From positions 14,253 to 78,252 of the forward strand of contig DASZIQ010000048.1 in assembly GCA_035948945.1 (NCBI GenBank): 64,000 nt of DNA, in the 5' to 3' direction. Numbering within the stretch: the first letter of the stretch is position 1; each line of letters starts with the position of its first letter. The DNA is from Solirubrobacteraceae bacterium. Lineage in GTDB: Bacteria; Actinomycetota; Thermoleophilia; Solirubrobacterales; Solirubrobacteraceae. Shown piece by piece: positions 1 to 8,389 of the stretch. A model generated the notes under the pieces. That model made no database searches and had not been told where the DNA came from. It saw nothing but the letters and a program-made list of their open reading frames with translations. The translations under genes and the position numbers were made by a program.

Positions 1-591
1 AGCCCGGCATGGTCGATATCCCGCAGAGAAGCACGCTGGATCGCTGAGCGGCAGGCAAAGCTCCTGCTCACCGAAGCGGGAATCACCGCCCCGCCAGTGC
101 CCGAGCGAGTCGTGACCGAGCTTGCCGGTGTGAACGTCTATCCGCTACCGCAGATGCCCGTAAAGGGACTCTTGGGCGCCAGCAAACCGAACGGCAGAGG
201 CGGCGACATCCTCATCGACAACACCCTGCCGCTCGCCGAGCGGCGCGTGACACTCATGCACGAACTGAAACACATCATCGACGGTGGGCACACCACCAAG
301 CTGCGCCAACTCGGCAGCCAAACCAGCGGCGAGGGACTCTGCACCGACTTCGCCCTGAGTGTACTGATGCCCGCGCCGTGGCTGCGCGCCGACTGGCAGG
401 CAGGACACCGGAACATAGCGGCCCTGGCCGAGCGCTACCAAGTGCCCGCCGAGGCGGTCGCACATCGCCTGCACGCTCTCGGAATCCTGAAACGCACTCG
501 GCGGCGACCAGGCTCGTATTGCCAGTGGCAGCCGCATACAGCATCAAGGAAAGGAGACACCAGTGAAAACGGTAAACCAGACAAACGTTAG
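1..591 (+). CDS. ImmA/IrrE-family (DUF955-like) zinc metallopeptidase, 5' end cut by window edge
   Basis: Frame is open from nt 1 to the stop at 589-591. HExxH motif in LMHELKHIIDG. DNA is visibly lower in GC than the rest of the window. Lies directly upstream of the recombinase genes. Confidence 0.7.
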   Translation, partial: SPAWSISRREARWIAERQAKLLLTEAGITAPPVPERVVTELAGVNVYPLPQMPVKGLLGASKPNGRGGDILIDNTLPLAERRVTLMHELKHIIDGGHTTKLRQLGSQTSGEGLCTDFALSVLMPAPWLRADWQAGHRNIAALAERYQVPAEAVAHRLHALGILKRTRRRPGSYCQWQPHTASRKGDTSENGKPDKR

Positions 592-940
592 AAGCGACGG
601 CCCGAAAGCCGTGACCTATCTGCGGGTCGAGTCCGAGGTCCGGGCCGACTGGCAACATGACCTCGCTATGCAGCGTGAGGCGTGCCGCCGCCACGCCGAG
701 CGGCTCGGTGTGGAGATTGCCGAGGAGTTCATCGACGTCGGCGCGTCCGGTAACGACAAAGGTCATGACGGTCTGCGACGTTTGCTCGCGTTGGTCACGC
801 GACGGCCGATCGAGTACCTCATCGTGTATGACTTCATTTACCTGACCCGCAGCCCAGCTGACGATGCGGCTACGCGACAGCACTTGGCGCGGGCTGGGGT
901 AACGACTGTGTTGGCTGACACAGTGAGGAGGCCGCGATGA
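563..940 (+). CDS. Small resolvase-catalytic-domain-like protein with degenerate active site
   Basis: 125 aa. Aligns by eye to the N-terminal domain of the downstream recombinase (AVTYLRVESE vs AVLYLRVSSR; IEYLIVYDF vs VDYVIVWKV). Has Glu where the nucleophilic Ser is expected and lacks the DRF/LxR arginine motif. Stop TGA 938-940 overlaps ATG 937-939 of the next gene. Confidence 0.55.
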   Translation: MKTVNQTNVRSDGPKAVTYLRVESEVRADWQHDLAMQREACRRHAERLGVEIAEEFIDVGASGNDKGHDGLRRLLALVTRRPIEYLIVYDFIYLTRSPADDAATRQHLARAGVTTVLADTVRRPR

Positions 941-2691
941 CTCTCACGCTTACCAAGGTGGCTGACGCCCCGCCAGCCGATGCCGTCAAACGAGCTGTGC
1001 TCTATCTGCGGGTCAGCTCGCGCGGACAGTTGGAGACCGACTACGACGACGATGGCCTGTCGATCGCTGCGCAGCGCGAGCGCTGCGCGCAGAAGGCAGC
1101 CGAGTACGGCGCTATCGTGGTCGATGAGTACATCGAGCGCGCCGAGTCGGCCAAGACCAACCAGCGCCCCGAATTGAACGTCATGCTCAGGCGCATCAAG
1201 GAGCAGCGCGACGTTGACTACGTCATCGTCTGGAAGGTCGATCGCTTCGCCCGCAACCGACGTGACGACGCCAACATGCTGTTCGAGATCGAGATGGCCG
1301 GCGCCCGACTCATCAGCGCCACCGAGAACATCGACGAGAGCCCCGCCGGCCGGCTGATGCACGGCATGTTGGCCAGCTTTGCCGAGTATTACAGCCGCAA
1401 CCTTGCCAACGAGGTTCTCAAGGGAGCAACCGAGAAGGCCAAGCGTGGCGGCACACCCGGACGCGCTCCGCTTGGCTACCTGAATACACGAGAGCAGCTA
1501 CCCCAGGGCGGCGAGGTCCGCACCATCGTCATCGACCCCGAGCGCGGCCCGATCGTCACGTGGGCATTTGAAACCTATGCCACCGGCCTCTACAGCCTCA
1601 ACGAGATGGTGACGCTTCTCGAGGTTCGCGGCCTGCGCTCGCGGGGGACTCACAGCCGCAGCCCACAGCCCCTGAACCTCTCAAGCGTTCACGACATGCT
1701 CTTAAGCCCCTACTACGCCGGCACCGTCAGCTACCGCGGCAAGCAGTACGAGGGACGCCATCCACGTCTCGTCAGCCAGGATCTCTTTGATCAGGTCCAG
1801 GCCGTCCTCCAGGCACACTGTCTCGCTGGCGAGCGCGACCGCAAGCACCAGCACTATCTCAAGGGCACGATCCGCTGCGGCACCTGCGGCTGCCGCCTCG
1901 TCTACTCCCGCAACAAAGGCAACGGAGGCCACTACGAATACTTCGTCTGCCCACACAACCAGCGCGGCGAATGCCCCCAGGGCTACCAGCCCGTCGACCT
2001 CGTGGAATCAGCCATCGAGGACTACTACGCCAGCGTCCCGTTCAGCGACGCCGAACGCGAGGAAATCCGAAAGGCCATCACCATCGACCTCGGCGAGCGA
2101 GCCGCCACCGCCCAGCAGGAGATCGACCGCTGCCGAGGCGTCCTGCAAGCAATCAAAGAGCAGGAACGAAAGCTCCTGCACATGCACTACGAAGACCGCA
2201 TCACCGGCGAGCTCTTCGATGACGAGCAGACCCGCCTACGCCACCGCCGCCAAGACGCCGAAACGCTCATCGAGCGCCTGAACCTCCGCTTCGGCGACAT
2301 CAACGAAACTCTCGACGTCGCTCTGGAGATCCTCGGTGATGACCTCCAAGACGTCTACCTACGAGCCGAAGACGGCATCCGACGGCTCATCAACCAGGCC
2401 ATCTTCAAGGCCCTCTACGTCTGCGACGAAACGATCACCAAGGCCGACCTCGCCGGGCCGTTCGCTGAGCTACGCACCTTCCACAGCAACCTCCGAGGCA
2501 TCATCAGCGCCACCCCGAACCCCACGCCAGCCACCGCAGTCGCCAGCACGCTGCCCCAAAACGCCAAGGTTCCCGACCCCTGGCGGGACCGGGAACCTTT
2601 GGACGTTGGTTCGATTAGCAACGTTTTGGTGGGCCGTGCAGGAATCGAACCTGCAACCTTGGGCTTAAGAGGCCCCTGCTCTGCCGGTTGA
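937..2691 (+). CDS. Large serine recombinase (integrase)
   Basis: 584 aa. YLRVSSRGQ catalytic motif, VDRFARN, recombinase domain, and Cys-rich zinc-ribbon (CGTCGCRLVYSR...YEYFVCPHNQRGECPQG) followed by a coiled-coil-like region. GAGGAG Shine-Dalgarno at 925-930. The last ~21 codons are antisense to tRNA-Lys. Confidence 0.9.
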   Translation: MTLTLTKVADAPPADAVKRAVLYLRVSSRGQLETDYDDDGLSIAAQRERCAQKAAEYGAIVVDEYIERAESAKTNQRPELNVMLRRIKEQRDVDYVIVWKVDRFARNRRDDANMLFEIEMAGARLISATENIDESPAGRLMHGMLASFAEYYSRNLANEVLKGATEKAKRGGTPGRAPLGYLNTREQLPQGGEVRTIVIDPERGPIVTWAFETYATGLYSLNEMVTLLEVRGLRSRGTHSRSPQPLNLSSVHDMLLSPYYAGTVSYRGKQYEGRHPRLVSQDLFDQVQAVLQAHCLAGERDRKHQHYLKGTIRCGTCGCRLVYSRNKGNGGHYEYFVCPHNQRGECPQGYQPVDLVESAIEDYYASVPFSDAEREEIRKAITIDLGERAATAQQEIDRCRGVLQAIKEQERKLLHMHYEDRITGELFDDEQTRLRHRRQDAETLIERLNLRFGDINETLDVALEILGDDLQDVYLRAEDGIRRLINQAIFKALYVCDETITKADLAGPFAELRTFHSNLRGIISATPNPTPATAVASTLPQNAKVPDPWRDREPLDVGSISNVLVGRAGIEPATLGLRGPCSAG

Positions 2692-2702
2692 GCTAACGGC
2701 CC
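2627..2702 (-). tRNA. tRNA-Lys (anticodon CUU), CCA encoded
   Basis: Manual cloverleaf fold of the reverse complement: acceptor GGGCCGU/ACGGCCC, T-arm GCAGG-UUCGAUU-CCUGC, anticodon loop CUCUUAA, 3' ACCA. 76 nt. Confidence 0.85.
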
Positions 2703-2790
2703 GCGAGGATGCCAGCGGGTGGGGCATCCCTGAGGAGGTGGCATTTTAGCCCAGGTCATCCGCCGGCCGCGTTCCAGGCCGTGCGCGCCG

Positions 2791-3726
2791 TCAGAACACC
2801 ACTGTCCGCGCACCGTCGACGATCACGCGGTCATCGAGGTGCAGCGCTACGGCACGGGCGAGCACCATGCGCTCGATGTCGCGGCCCACGCGTTCGAGGT
2901 CGGCGATTGTCTGGCGGTGGTCGACGCGCTCGACTCCCTGTTCGATGATCGGGCCGGCGTCGAGCTCCTCTACGACGTAGTGCGCGGTGGCGCCGATCAG
3001 CTTGACCCCGTGCTCGCGCGCGCGGCGGTAGGGCTCCGCACCGGGGAAGGCGGGCAGGAAGGAATGATGGATGTTGATCACCGGCGCGCCCAGGCGCCCC
3101 AGGAAGTCGCCGCTGAGGATCTGCATGTAGCGGGCCAGCACCACGAGGTCGGCGCTGCCCGCCAGCAGCTCCAGCAGCTGCCGCTCGGCGGCCGCCTTGC
3201 CGTCGCGCTCGACCGGCACGTGGTGGAAGGGCACCCCGGCGACTCGCGCCTGCGGCTCGAGGTCGGGATGGTTGGAGACCACCGCCACGACCTCCGCGTC
3301 CAGCTCGCCGCGACGCCAGCGCCACAGCAGATCCACCAGGCAGTGGTCGCGGCCGGAGACGAGGATCGCCATGCGCCGGCGCTGGCCCCAGAAACGCAGC
3401 TCCCACTCCATCTGAAAGCGCGCCGCCACCTCGGCGCCGAAACGCTCCCGCAGGCGCTCGCGCGCCTCCTGTGACTCGAGCAGGTGCTCGAGGTAGAACT
3501 CGGTGCGCAGGAAGAACCTGCCACCGGCGGGGTCGGTGGAGTACTGGTGGGAGGAAACTATGTTGGCGCCCTGCTCCAACAGGAAGCCGGAGACGGCCGC
3601 CACGATGCCCGGCCGGTCCGGGCAGGCGACCAGCAGGCGCGCGGAGTAGCGGGGGAGGTCTTCCGGCTCGGTGGCCGGCGCGTCCTGCGGCCGAGCGGCC
3701 ACCTCAGGGTTCGGATCGCCCGCCAC
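2791..3726 (-). CDS. purU: Formyltetrahydrofolate deformylase
   Basis: ACT-like N-terminus ([19 protein letters not shown]) plus formyltransferase core (MAILVSG..., [18 protein letters not shown]). Start set at in-frame GTG 3726 because the longer ORF overlaps the upstream gene; the start is uncertain. Confidence 0.8.
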   Translation of the reverse strand: MAGDPNPEVAARPQDAPATEPEDLPRYSARLLVACPDRPGIVAAVSGFLLEQGANIVSSHQYSTDPAGGRFFLRTEFYLEHLLESQEARERLRERFGAEVAARFQMEWELRFWGQRRRMAILVSGRDHCLVDLLWRWRRGELDAEVVAVVSNHPDLEPQARVAGVPFHHVPVERDGKAAAERQLLELLAGSADLVVLARYMQILSGDFLGRLGAPVINIHHSFLPAFPGAEPYRRAREHGVKLIGATAHYVVEELDAGPIIEQGVERVDHRQTIADLERVGRDIERMVLARAVALHLDDRVIVDGARTVVF

Positions 3727-3742
3727 GCGCTTCCTGGCGGGT

Positions 3743-4672
3743 CTACTTCTTCCCGGTGCTCGAGGTATGCCCGGAGGTGCTGGAGGTGAGCCCGGCGGCC
3801 GGCGTGGACGACGTGGCACCAGCCTTCCCCGCAGCACCGCTCGCCGCCGTCGATGTGGGCGTGGGCGTGGGCGTCGCTCCGACCTTCGGAGCAGCGCCGG
3901 CATAGCCGCCTTTGCCGTTCGATTTGACGGTGTAGGTCTTGCCGGCCTGCGTCGCGATCAATTCGCCGTTCGGGCCTTTGCTGATCGTGGCGGGCGTGTG
4001 GCTGAGCGGGTTCTTCCTGATTTCCGCCAGATACTTCTTGACTTCCTTCCGGCTGGCGGCGGGCGCCAGGCTGACGGTCTTGCGGGTCGCCGCGTCGCCC
4101 ACCTTGAGATTGCCGGCCTTGTAGGCGGATTCTGCGAGCGTCCGGTACAGGAGCGAAGAGGGCGGGCCGCTGGCGACTGCGACCTGCAATGCCCGCATCT
4201 CGGCAGCCGGCTGGGCGAGACCCTGTTCGGAGAAGGCGCTCGCCATTTTCCGGGCCAGTTCCGAGCTGGGATGGTGGGTTTCCAGCTTCAGATAGGTGTT
4301 CCACGAGTTGGCGATCTTGGCGAGCAGCACCTTGCCCTTGGCTGTGTATTTTTCGGTTTCGGCTGTCCCGGCGGCGGCCGTCTGGAAGTATTCCGGTTCG
4401 CTCGCCTGATGAAACTGCGCTTCGATGAGGGCCGCCCATGCGGCCGGGTCCGCCGGGTGCTGCTGGGTGTGCTTCTGTGCGGTTTCGACCTTGGCGGCAA
4501 AGTTGGCGCTGTTCGAGCCGCTGTTTTCAGTGAAGGCGTTGAGTATCCCGCCGCCCCCACCGCCGACGCCGACGCCGAGCCCGACGAAGCCCAGCAGAAA
4601 GATCAGGGCAAGCCCCAGATAGACGATCTGCACGGTTTTGCGCCTGCCACGGGCTCGCAGGTCGAACAGCAT
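3743..4672 (-). CDS. Hypothetical N-terminally membrane-anchored protein with Thr/Pro/Ser-rich tail
   Basis: 309 aa. One TM segment after [12 protein letters not shown], a helical soluble region and a low-complexity C-terminus. ATG overlaps the tatC stop (TGATG at 4670-4674). No family recognised. Confidence 0.6.
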   Translation of the reverse strand: MLFDLRARGRRKTVQIVYLGLALIFLLGFVGLGVGVGGGGGGILNAFTENSGSNSANFAAKVETAQKHTQQHPADPAAWAALIEAQFHQASEPEYFQTAAAGTAETEKYTAKGKVLLAKIANSWNTYLKLETHHPSSELARKMASAFSEQGLAQPAAEMRALQVAVASGPPSSLLYRTLAESAYKAGNLKVGDAATRKTVSLAPAASRKEVKKYLAEIRKNPLSHTPATISKGPNGELIATQAGKTYTVKSNGKGGYAGAAPKVGATPTPTPTSTAASGAAGKAGATSSTPAAGLTSSTSGHTSSTGKK

Positions 4673-5829
4673 CAGTCAGTCAACTCCCTATCCATGTGGT
4701 CGATTATGGCGTGTACGCTTGGGTCGGTGTCATTGTCGTCAGTTGTCGCGTTCGACGCCGGCGGCCCGGAGGTCGGCGATCCGCCTCCTCCGGGGCTGAC
4801 CGGACCGCCCTCCCTGGCGTTGCCCCCCGGCGAGGATGGTGGATCCTGCCGCGGGCTCCCGGTCGTCGCCTGCGCTCCACTCCGCGCCGCGTCGCGTCGC
4901 GCAACGAACGATGCCACCAGGATACTCGCCTCGTAGAGAATGTAGAGGGGTATGGTCTCGAGGATCAGTGTGATTGCGTCGCCCGGCAGGAAGGCGGCCA
5001 CCGCCGCGCACGCCACGATCGCATAGCGGCGGCCCTTGCGCAGCTGCTTGGGTGTCACGATCCCCGCGCGTGTGGCCCCCAGGATCACGACCGGGACCTG
5101 GAACACCAGCCCCATCGCCAGTAGCACGGTCGCGGCGAACTGGTAGTAGGGGTTGGCCTGCACGATGATGTTGAACTCGCTGCTGTTGAAGTTCACGAGG
5201 AAGCGCAGCGCGGCGGGCAGCACGACGAAGTAGCCAAACGCCACCCCCGCCGCGAACAGGAACGGGACCGCGGCCAGGAGCGGCCTCACCGCGCGTCTCT
5301 CACTCGGCTGCAGGGCGGGGAGCACGAAGCCGTACAGCTCGAACAGGATCACCGGCAGCGAGATGATCAACGCGAAGAAGAAGACGACCGTGAGCGTCGT
5401 CGTGAATGGCTCGCCGACCCCCAGCGTCGTCAGCTTTTCCGCTGGGGGAGCGGGCGGGATCTGCGCCGTGGCGGCACGCAGGCCGGCGAGCTCGGCAGTC
5501 AACTGTGCGCGAGCCGCCGCCGGCAGGTGGGAGTCGGGCGCGCTGAGGATCTTGACGATGCTCTGCACCTCCGCCGCCACTTTGAGCACCGCCTGCTGCG
5601 CCAACACCGCCTGGCCGGTGGGCCCCTCGCCCTTTGCGACCTGCCCCCGCTTCTCGCGTTCGTACGGGCGGTTGATCACGTGCAGCAGGGCGTGGTTCTG
5701 CCACAGACAGACGCCGAACACGACCGCCAGCACGACGCCGCTGACGATCAGCCGCGTGCGCAGCTCTTCGAGGTGCTCGACGAGGCTGAGGCGGTCTTCG
5801 TGGCCGATCGTGCGGATCGCGGTGGCCAT
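4672..5829 (-). CDS. tatC: Twin-arginine translocase subunit TatC (with extra loop and C-terminal tail)
   Basis: N-terminal LSLVEHLEELRTRLI motif and multi-pass membrane profile. About 100-aa insertion after TM1 and an ~80-aa Gly/Pro/Ser-rich C-terminal tail. Confidence 0.85.
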   Translation of the reverse strand: MATAIRTIGHEDRLSLVEHLEELRTRLIVSGVVLAVVFGVCLWQNHALLHVINRPYEREKRGQVAKGEGPTGQAVLAQQAVLKVAAEVQSIVKILSAPDSHLPAAARAQLTAELAGLRAATAQIPPAPPAEKLTTLGVGEPFTTTLTVVFFFALIISLPVILFELYGFVLPALQPSERRAVRPLLAAVPFLFAAGVAFGYFVVLPAALRFLVNFNSSEFNIIVQANPYYQFAATVLLAMGLVFQVPVVILGATRAGIVTPKQLRKGRRYAIVACAAVAAFLPGDAITLILETIPLYILYEASILVASFVARRDAARSGAQATTGSPRQDPPSSPGGNAREGGPVSPGGGGSPTSGPPASNATTDDNDTDPSVHAIIDHMDRELTD

Positions 5830-5942
5830 ATCTGCCTCTCAACATATATCGACCGCGGCCGTCGAGCGGGTTGTCCGCGCTTGGAGGTGGGCAAACCTCG
5901 GTATTCGTGCGCACACGCTAAAGACAGCCCCAGGGGCCGTCG

Positions 5943-6401
5943 ATGACTCCTCCGAGGAACGAGATGCCCGCCGACAAGAGCCACCAAACCCGTCACCACG
6001 TGCAGCTGCCCAGCGGCAAGCAGATTGAGGTCGTCTACCTGGACAACCCCGCGCCGCCTTCGCTTGGACCCGCTCACGCCACCGGCCAGCGGCAGGCCGA
6101 TCCGGCGTCGGAGCCGCTCCACGTCTGCTTCTACTGCGGCGGGGAGCTCGTCCATCCAGTGGATTGGGCCGAAGCCGGGGAGCGGCAGTGGCGGATCCTG
6201 CTGCGCTGCCCCGAATGCGAGGCCACGCGCGAGGGAGTCTTCGATCAGATCGCAGTGGAAGCGCTCGACGATGAGCTCGACCGGGCCTCGGGTTCGCTGC
6301 TGAGCGACCTGCAGCGCGTCACGCACGCCAACATGGCCGAGGAGATCGACCTCTTCATCCGTGCACTCGACGCCGACCTGATCCAGCCCTGCGATTTTTA
6401 G
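5943..6401 (+). CDS. Hypothetical zinc-ribbon protein
   Basis: 152 aa with CxxG...CPEC cysteine pairs (VCFYCGG...LRCPECE). Third-position GC bias is consistent with coding. The 3' end is duplicated downstream. Confidence 0.5.
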   Translation: MTPPRNEMPADKSHQTRHHVQLPSGKQIEVVYLDNPAPPSLGPAHATGQRQADPASEPLHVCFYCGGELVHPVDWAEAGERQWRILLRCPECEATREGVFDQIAVEALDDELDRASGSLLSDLQRVTHANMAEEIDLFIRALDADLIQPCDF

Positions 6402-6508
6402 GGGGAGGGGGTTTGAAGGCCCACCCACCCGGCCTGCCCTCCCCCAGCCCAGTGATCGACCTCTTCATCCGCGCACTCGACGCCGACCTGATCCAGCCCT
6501 GCGATTTC
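6344..6508. repeat. 55-bp direct repeat (6344-6398 and 6454-6508, 53/55 identical) flanking a 55-bp G/C-tract insert
   Basis: Read directly. Both mismatches are synonymous third-position changes (CGT/CGC, TTT/TTC). Each copy ends with its own stop (TAG 6399-6401, TGA 6509-6511). The insert carries GGGGGAGGGGG and CCCACCCACCC...CCCTCCCCC. Confidence 0.9.
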
Positions 6509-6515
6509 TGACGGG

Positions 6516-7613
6516 TCAGCGGTAGCGCTCTACGACCGCGTCCGCGACCAGGTCCAGTAAAGCCGCGCGGCCGTTGGGGAGGATCGCCGGCAGCATCGCC
6601 TTCGCCTCAGCGACCAGCGCCAGCGCCCGCTCGCGGGCCTCCTCCAGCGCGCCGGTCGCCGCGATCCGATCGCACAACTCGCCCGCCTGCTCGGGCCCCC
6701 CAAGCGAGGCGAGGTCCACCGCCGACAAGCGCTCGTCGCGTTCGCGCGCGAGGATCAACGGCAGCGTGACGGTGCCGTCGAGCAGGTCGGTTCCGCGCGG
6801 CTTGCCGGTGCGCTCCACGGGGCCGGAGACGTCGAGCACGTCGTCGAGCAGCTGAAAGGCCAGGCCGATGCGTCGCGCGAACGCTCCGAGCGCATCCGCC
6901 AGCGCCCCGGCCGGGACGGGCGGGCTCCGATCCCCGCCCTCGCTCGCCACGAGCGCCCCCAAACGGCACGCCGCCTCGAACAGCGCGGCGGTCTTCAGCT
7001 CGCAGCGGCGCAGGTAGCGCTCCACCGCCACGCGCGGAGCATAGGCGTCCTCGCGCTGCAGGAGCTCCCCCTCGGCGAGCGCCGAGCTGGCGTCCGAGAG
7101 CGCGCGCAACTGCGCCAGAGAGCGATTGCGCGCAAGCTCCGCAAAGGCCCGCGAGAAGAGCAGATCTCCGGTCGCGATCGCCACGCGCCTGCCGGCCTGG
7201 GCGACAACCGAGGGGTGCCCGCGGCGCAGCTGCGCACCGTCGATCACATCGTCGTGAACCAACGTCGCCGAGTGCACCAGCTCGACCGCCACCGCTGCCC
7301 GCACGAGTTGCTCGTCCTCCCCGCTGGCCAAGGACGGTTGGAGATCCGATCCACGCGGCTCCCCCGCGGCGGTCGCGGCCAGCACGACCAGCAACGGGCG
7401 CAAGCGCTTGCCGCCGGCAAGTACCGTGGCGGTGGCGTGCGTTGCCAGCGGAGCACCCGCCTCGGCGGCCACCCGCTCGAGATGCTCCTCGGTGCGCACC
7501 ATCCGCTCACGCAGCACCGCCCCGCCGCGGCGCATGATCTCCGCTACGGCCTCTTCGTCCTCCGCCGCCTGCGCCTGTGCCTGTGCGGTGCTGCTGCTCA
7601 CTGTATTCATCAT
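6516..7613 (-). CDS. Long-chain polyprenyl diphosphate synthase (hepta/octaprenyl type)
   Basis: Two Asp-rich motifs (LVHDDVID, FQLLDDVLD), GKRLRP. Start is ATG 7613 overlapping the menG stop (ATGA). The 592-aa track ORF is an over-extension. Confidence 0.85.
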   Translation of the reverse strand: MMNTVSSSTAQAQAQAAEDEEAVAEIMRRGGAVLRERMVRTEEHLERVAAEAGAPLATHATATVLAGGKRLRPLLVVLAATAAGEPRGSDLQPSLASGEDEQLVRAAVAVELVHSATLVHDDVIDGAQLRRGHPSVVAQAGRRVAIATGDLLFSRAFAELARNRSLAQLRALSDASSALAEGELLQREDAYAPRVAVERYLRRCELKTAALFEAACRLGALVASEGGDRSPPVPAGALADALGAFARRIGLAFQLLDDVLDVSGPVERTGKPRGTDLLDGTVTLPLILARERDERLSAVDLASLGGPEQAGELCDRIAATGALEEARERALALVAEAKAMLPAILPNGRAALLDLVADAVVERYR

Positions 7614-8380
7614 GGCCCTTCCGTCGGCACGGTGCCGGCGTGAATGGCGATGATGCCTCCGGCGGTCAGCAGGTAGCCGATTTCGCCGATGCCTGCCCGC
7701 TCCATCTCGGCGGCAAGTATCGCAGGCGCCGGAAAGCGCTTGACCGAGTTGGGCAGGTAGGAGTAGGCGTCGGAGCTCCCGGCCAGCCGCCCCAGCAGCG
7801 GCACCACACGGTCGAACCAGAGCGCGAAGAAGCTCGACAGCGGCGGCCGCGTCGGCGAGGTCATCTCCAGCACCACGACCCTGCCCCCCGGCCGCACCAC
7901 GCGCGCCATCTCCCGCAGGCCGCGGGCCAGATCGGAGAAGTTGCGCGCGCCGAAGCCGACCGTGGCGGCATCGAAGGAGTCGTTCTCGTAGGGCAGCTGC
8001 AGCGCATCGCCCCACTCGAAGCGCACCGACGCCGGTGGCAAGCCCGGGGCGGAGGGCCGATTGCGCTCCCACTTGGTGCGCGCGCGGGTCAGCATCTCCT
8101 CGGAGAAGTCGCTGCCCACCACTTCCCCGCCCGGCGCCACGCGCCGCGCGAGCTCGAACGCCAGATCGCCGGTGCCGGTGGCGAGATCCAGTACGCGGCT
8201 GCCCGGGCCGACGTGCGCAAGATCCACCGCGCGCGCGCGCCAGCGATGGTGCAGCCCCGCGGTCATCACGCCGTTGAGCGCGTCGTACACCCACGCGATG
8301 CGGTCGAACATCGCCTGCACCTGCTCGGCCTGCAGTGCTCCCGCGCCAGCGCCCTGCCGACCCTGGGCCTCCTGAGCCAT
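7610..8380 (-). CDS. menG: Demethylmenaquinone / ubiquinone methyltransferase (UbiE/MenG family)
   Basis: FDRIAWVYDALN start and SAM motif VLDLATGTGD. Overall UbiE-like sequence, next to the polyprenyl synthase. Confidence 0.85.
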   Translation of the reverse strand: MAQEAQGRQGAGAGALQAEQVQAMFDRIAWVYDALNGVMTAGLHHRWRARAVDLAHVGPGSRVLDLATGTGDLAFELARRVAPGGEVVGSDFSEEMLTRARTKWERNRPSAPGLPPASVRFEWGDALQLPYENDSFDAATVGFGARNFSDLARGLREMARVVRPGGRVVVLEMTSPTRPPLSSFFALWFDRVVPLLGRLAGSSDAYSYLPNSVKRFPAPAILAAEMERAGIGEIGYLLTAGGIIAIHAGTVPTEGP

Positions 8381-8389
8381 GTCCCTACG

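Larger units (their letters stand above)
1..2702 (+). mobile_element. Integrase-proximal end of an integrated element (prophage or integrative island) abutting the 3' end of tRNA-Lys; other end lies outside the window
   Basis: ImmA-like peptidase plus two serine-recombinase-family genes. Lower GC than the flanking host genes. Recombinase ORF runs into the 3' half of the tRNA gene. Confidence 0.55.

Noticed and set aside
2703-2790. Small hairpin GGATGCC...GGCATCC between purU and tRNA-Lys as a terminator or att core.
   Set aside because: The stem is short (7 bp) with no U-tract, and there is no repeat partner visible in the window. The evidence is insufficient.
6516-8294. 592-aa ORF that looks like an N-terminally extended polyprenyl synthase.
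   Set aside because: The first ~226 codons overlap menG in another frame and are Arg/Gly-rich noise. A clean ATG at 7613 with an ATGA overlap to the menG stop gives a normal 366-aa enzyme. The same logic was applied to 2791-3903, 12806-14662, 36564-38570, 43700-44626 and 58949-61663.
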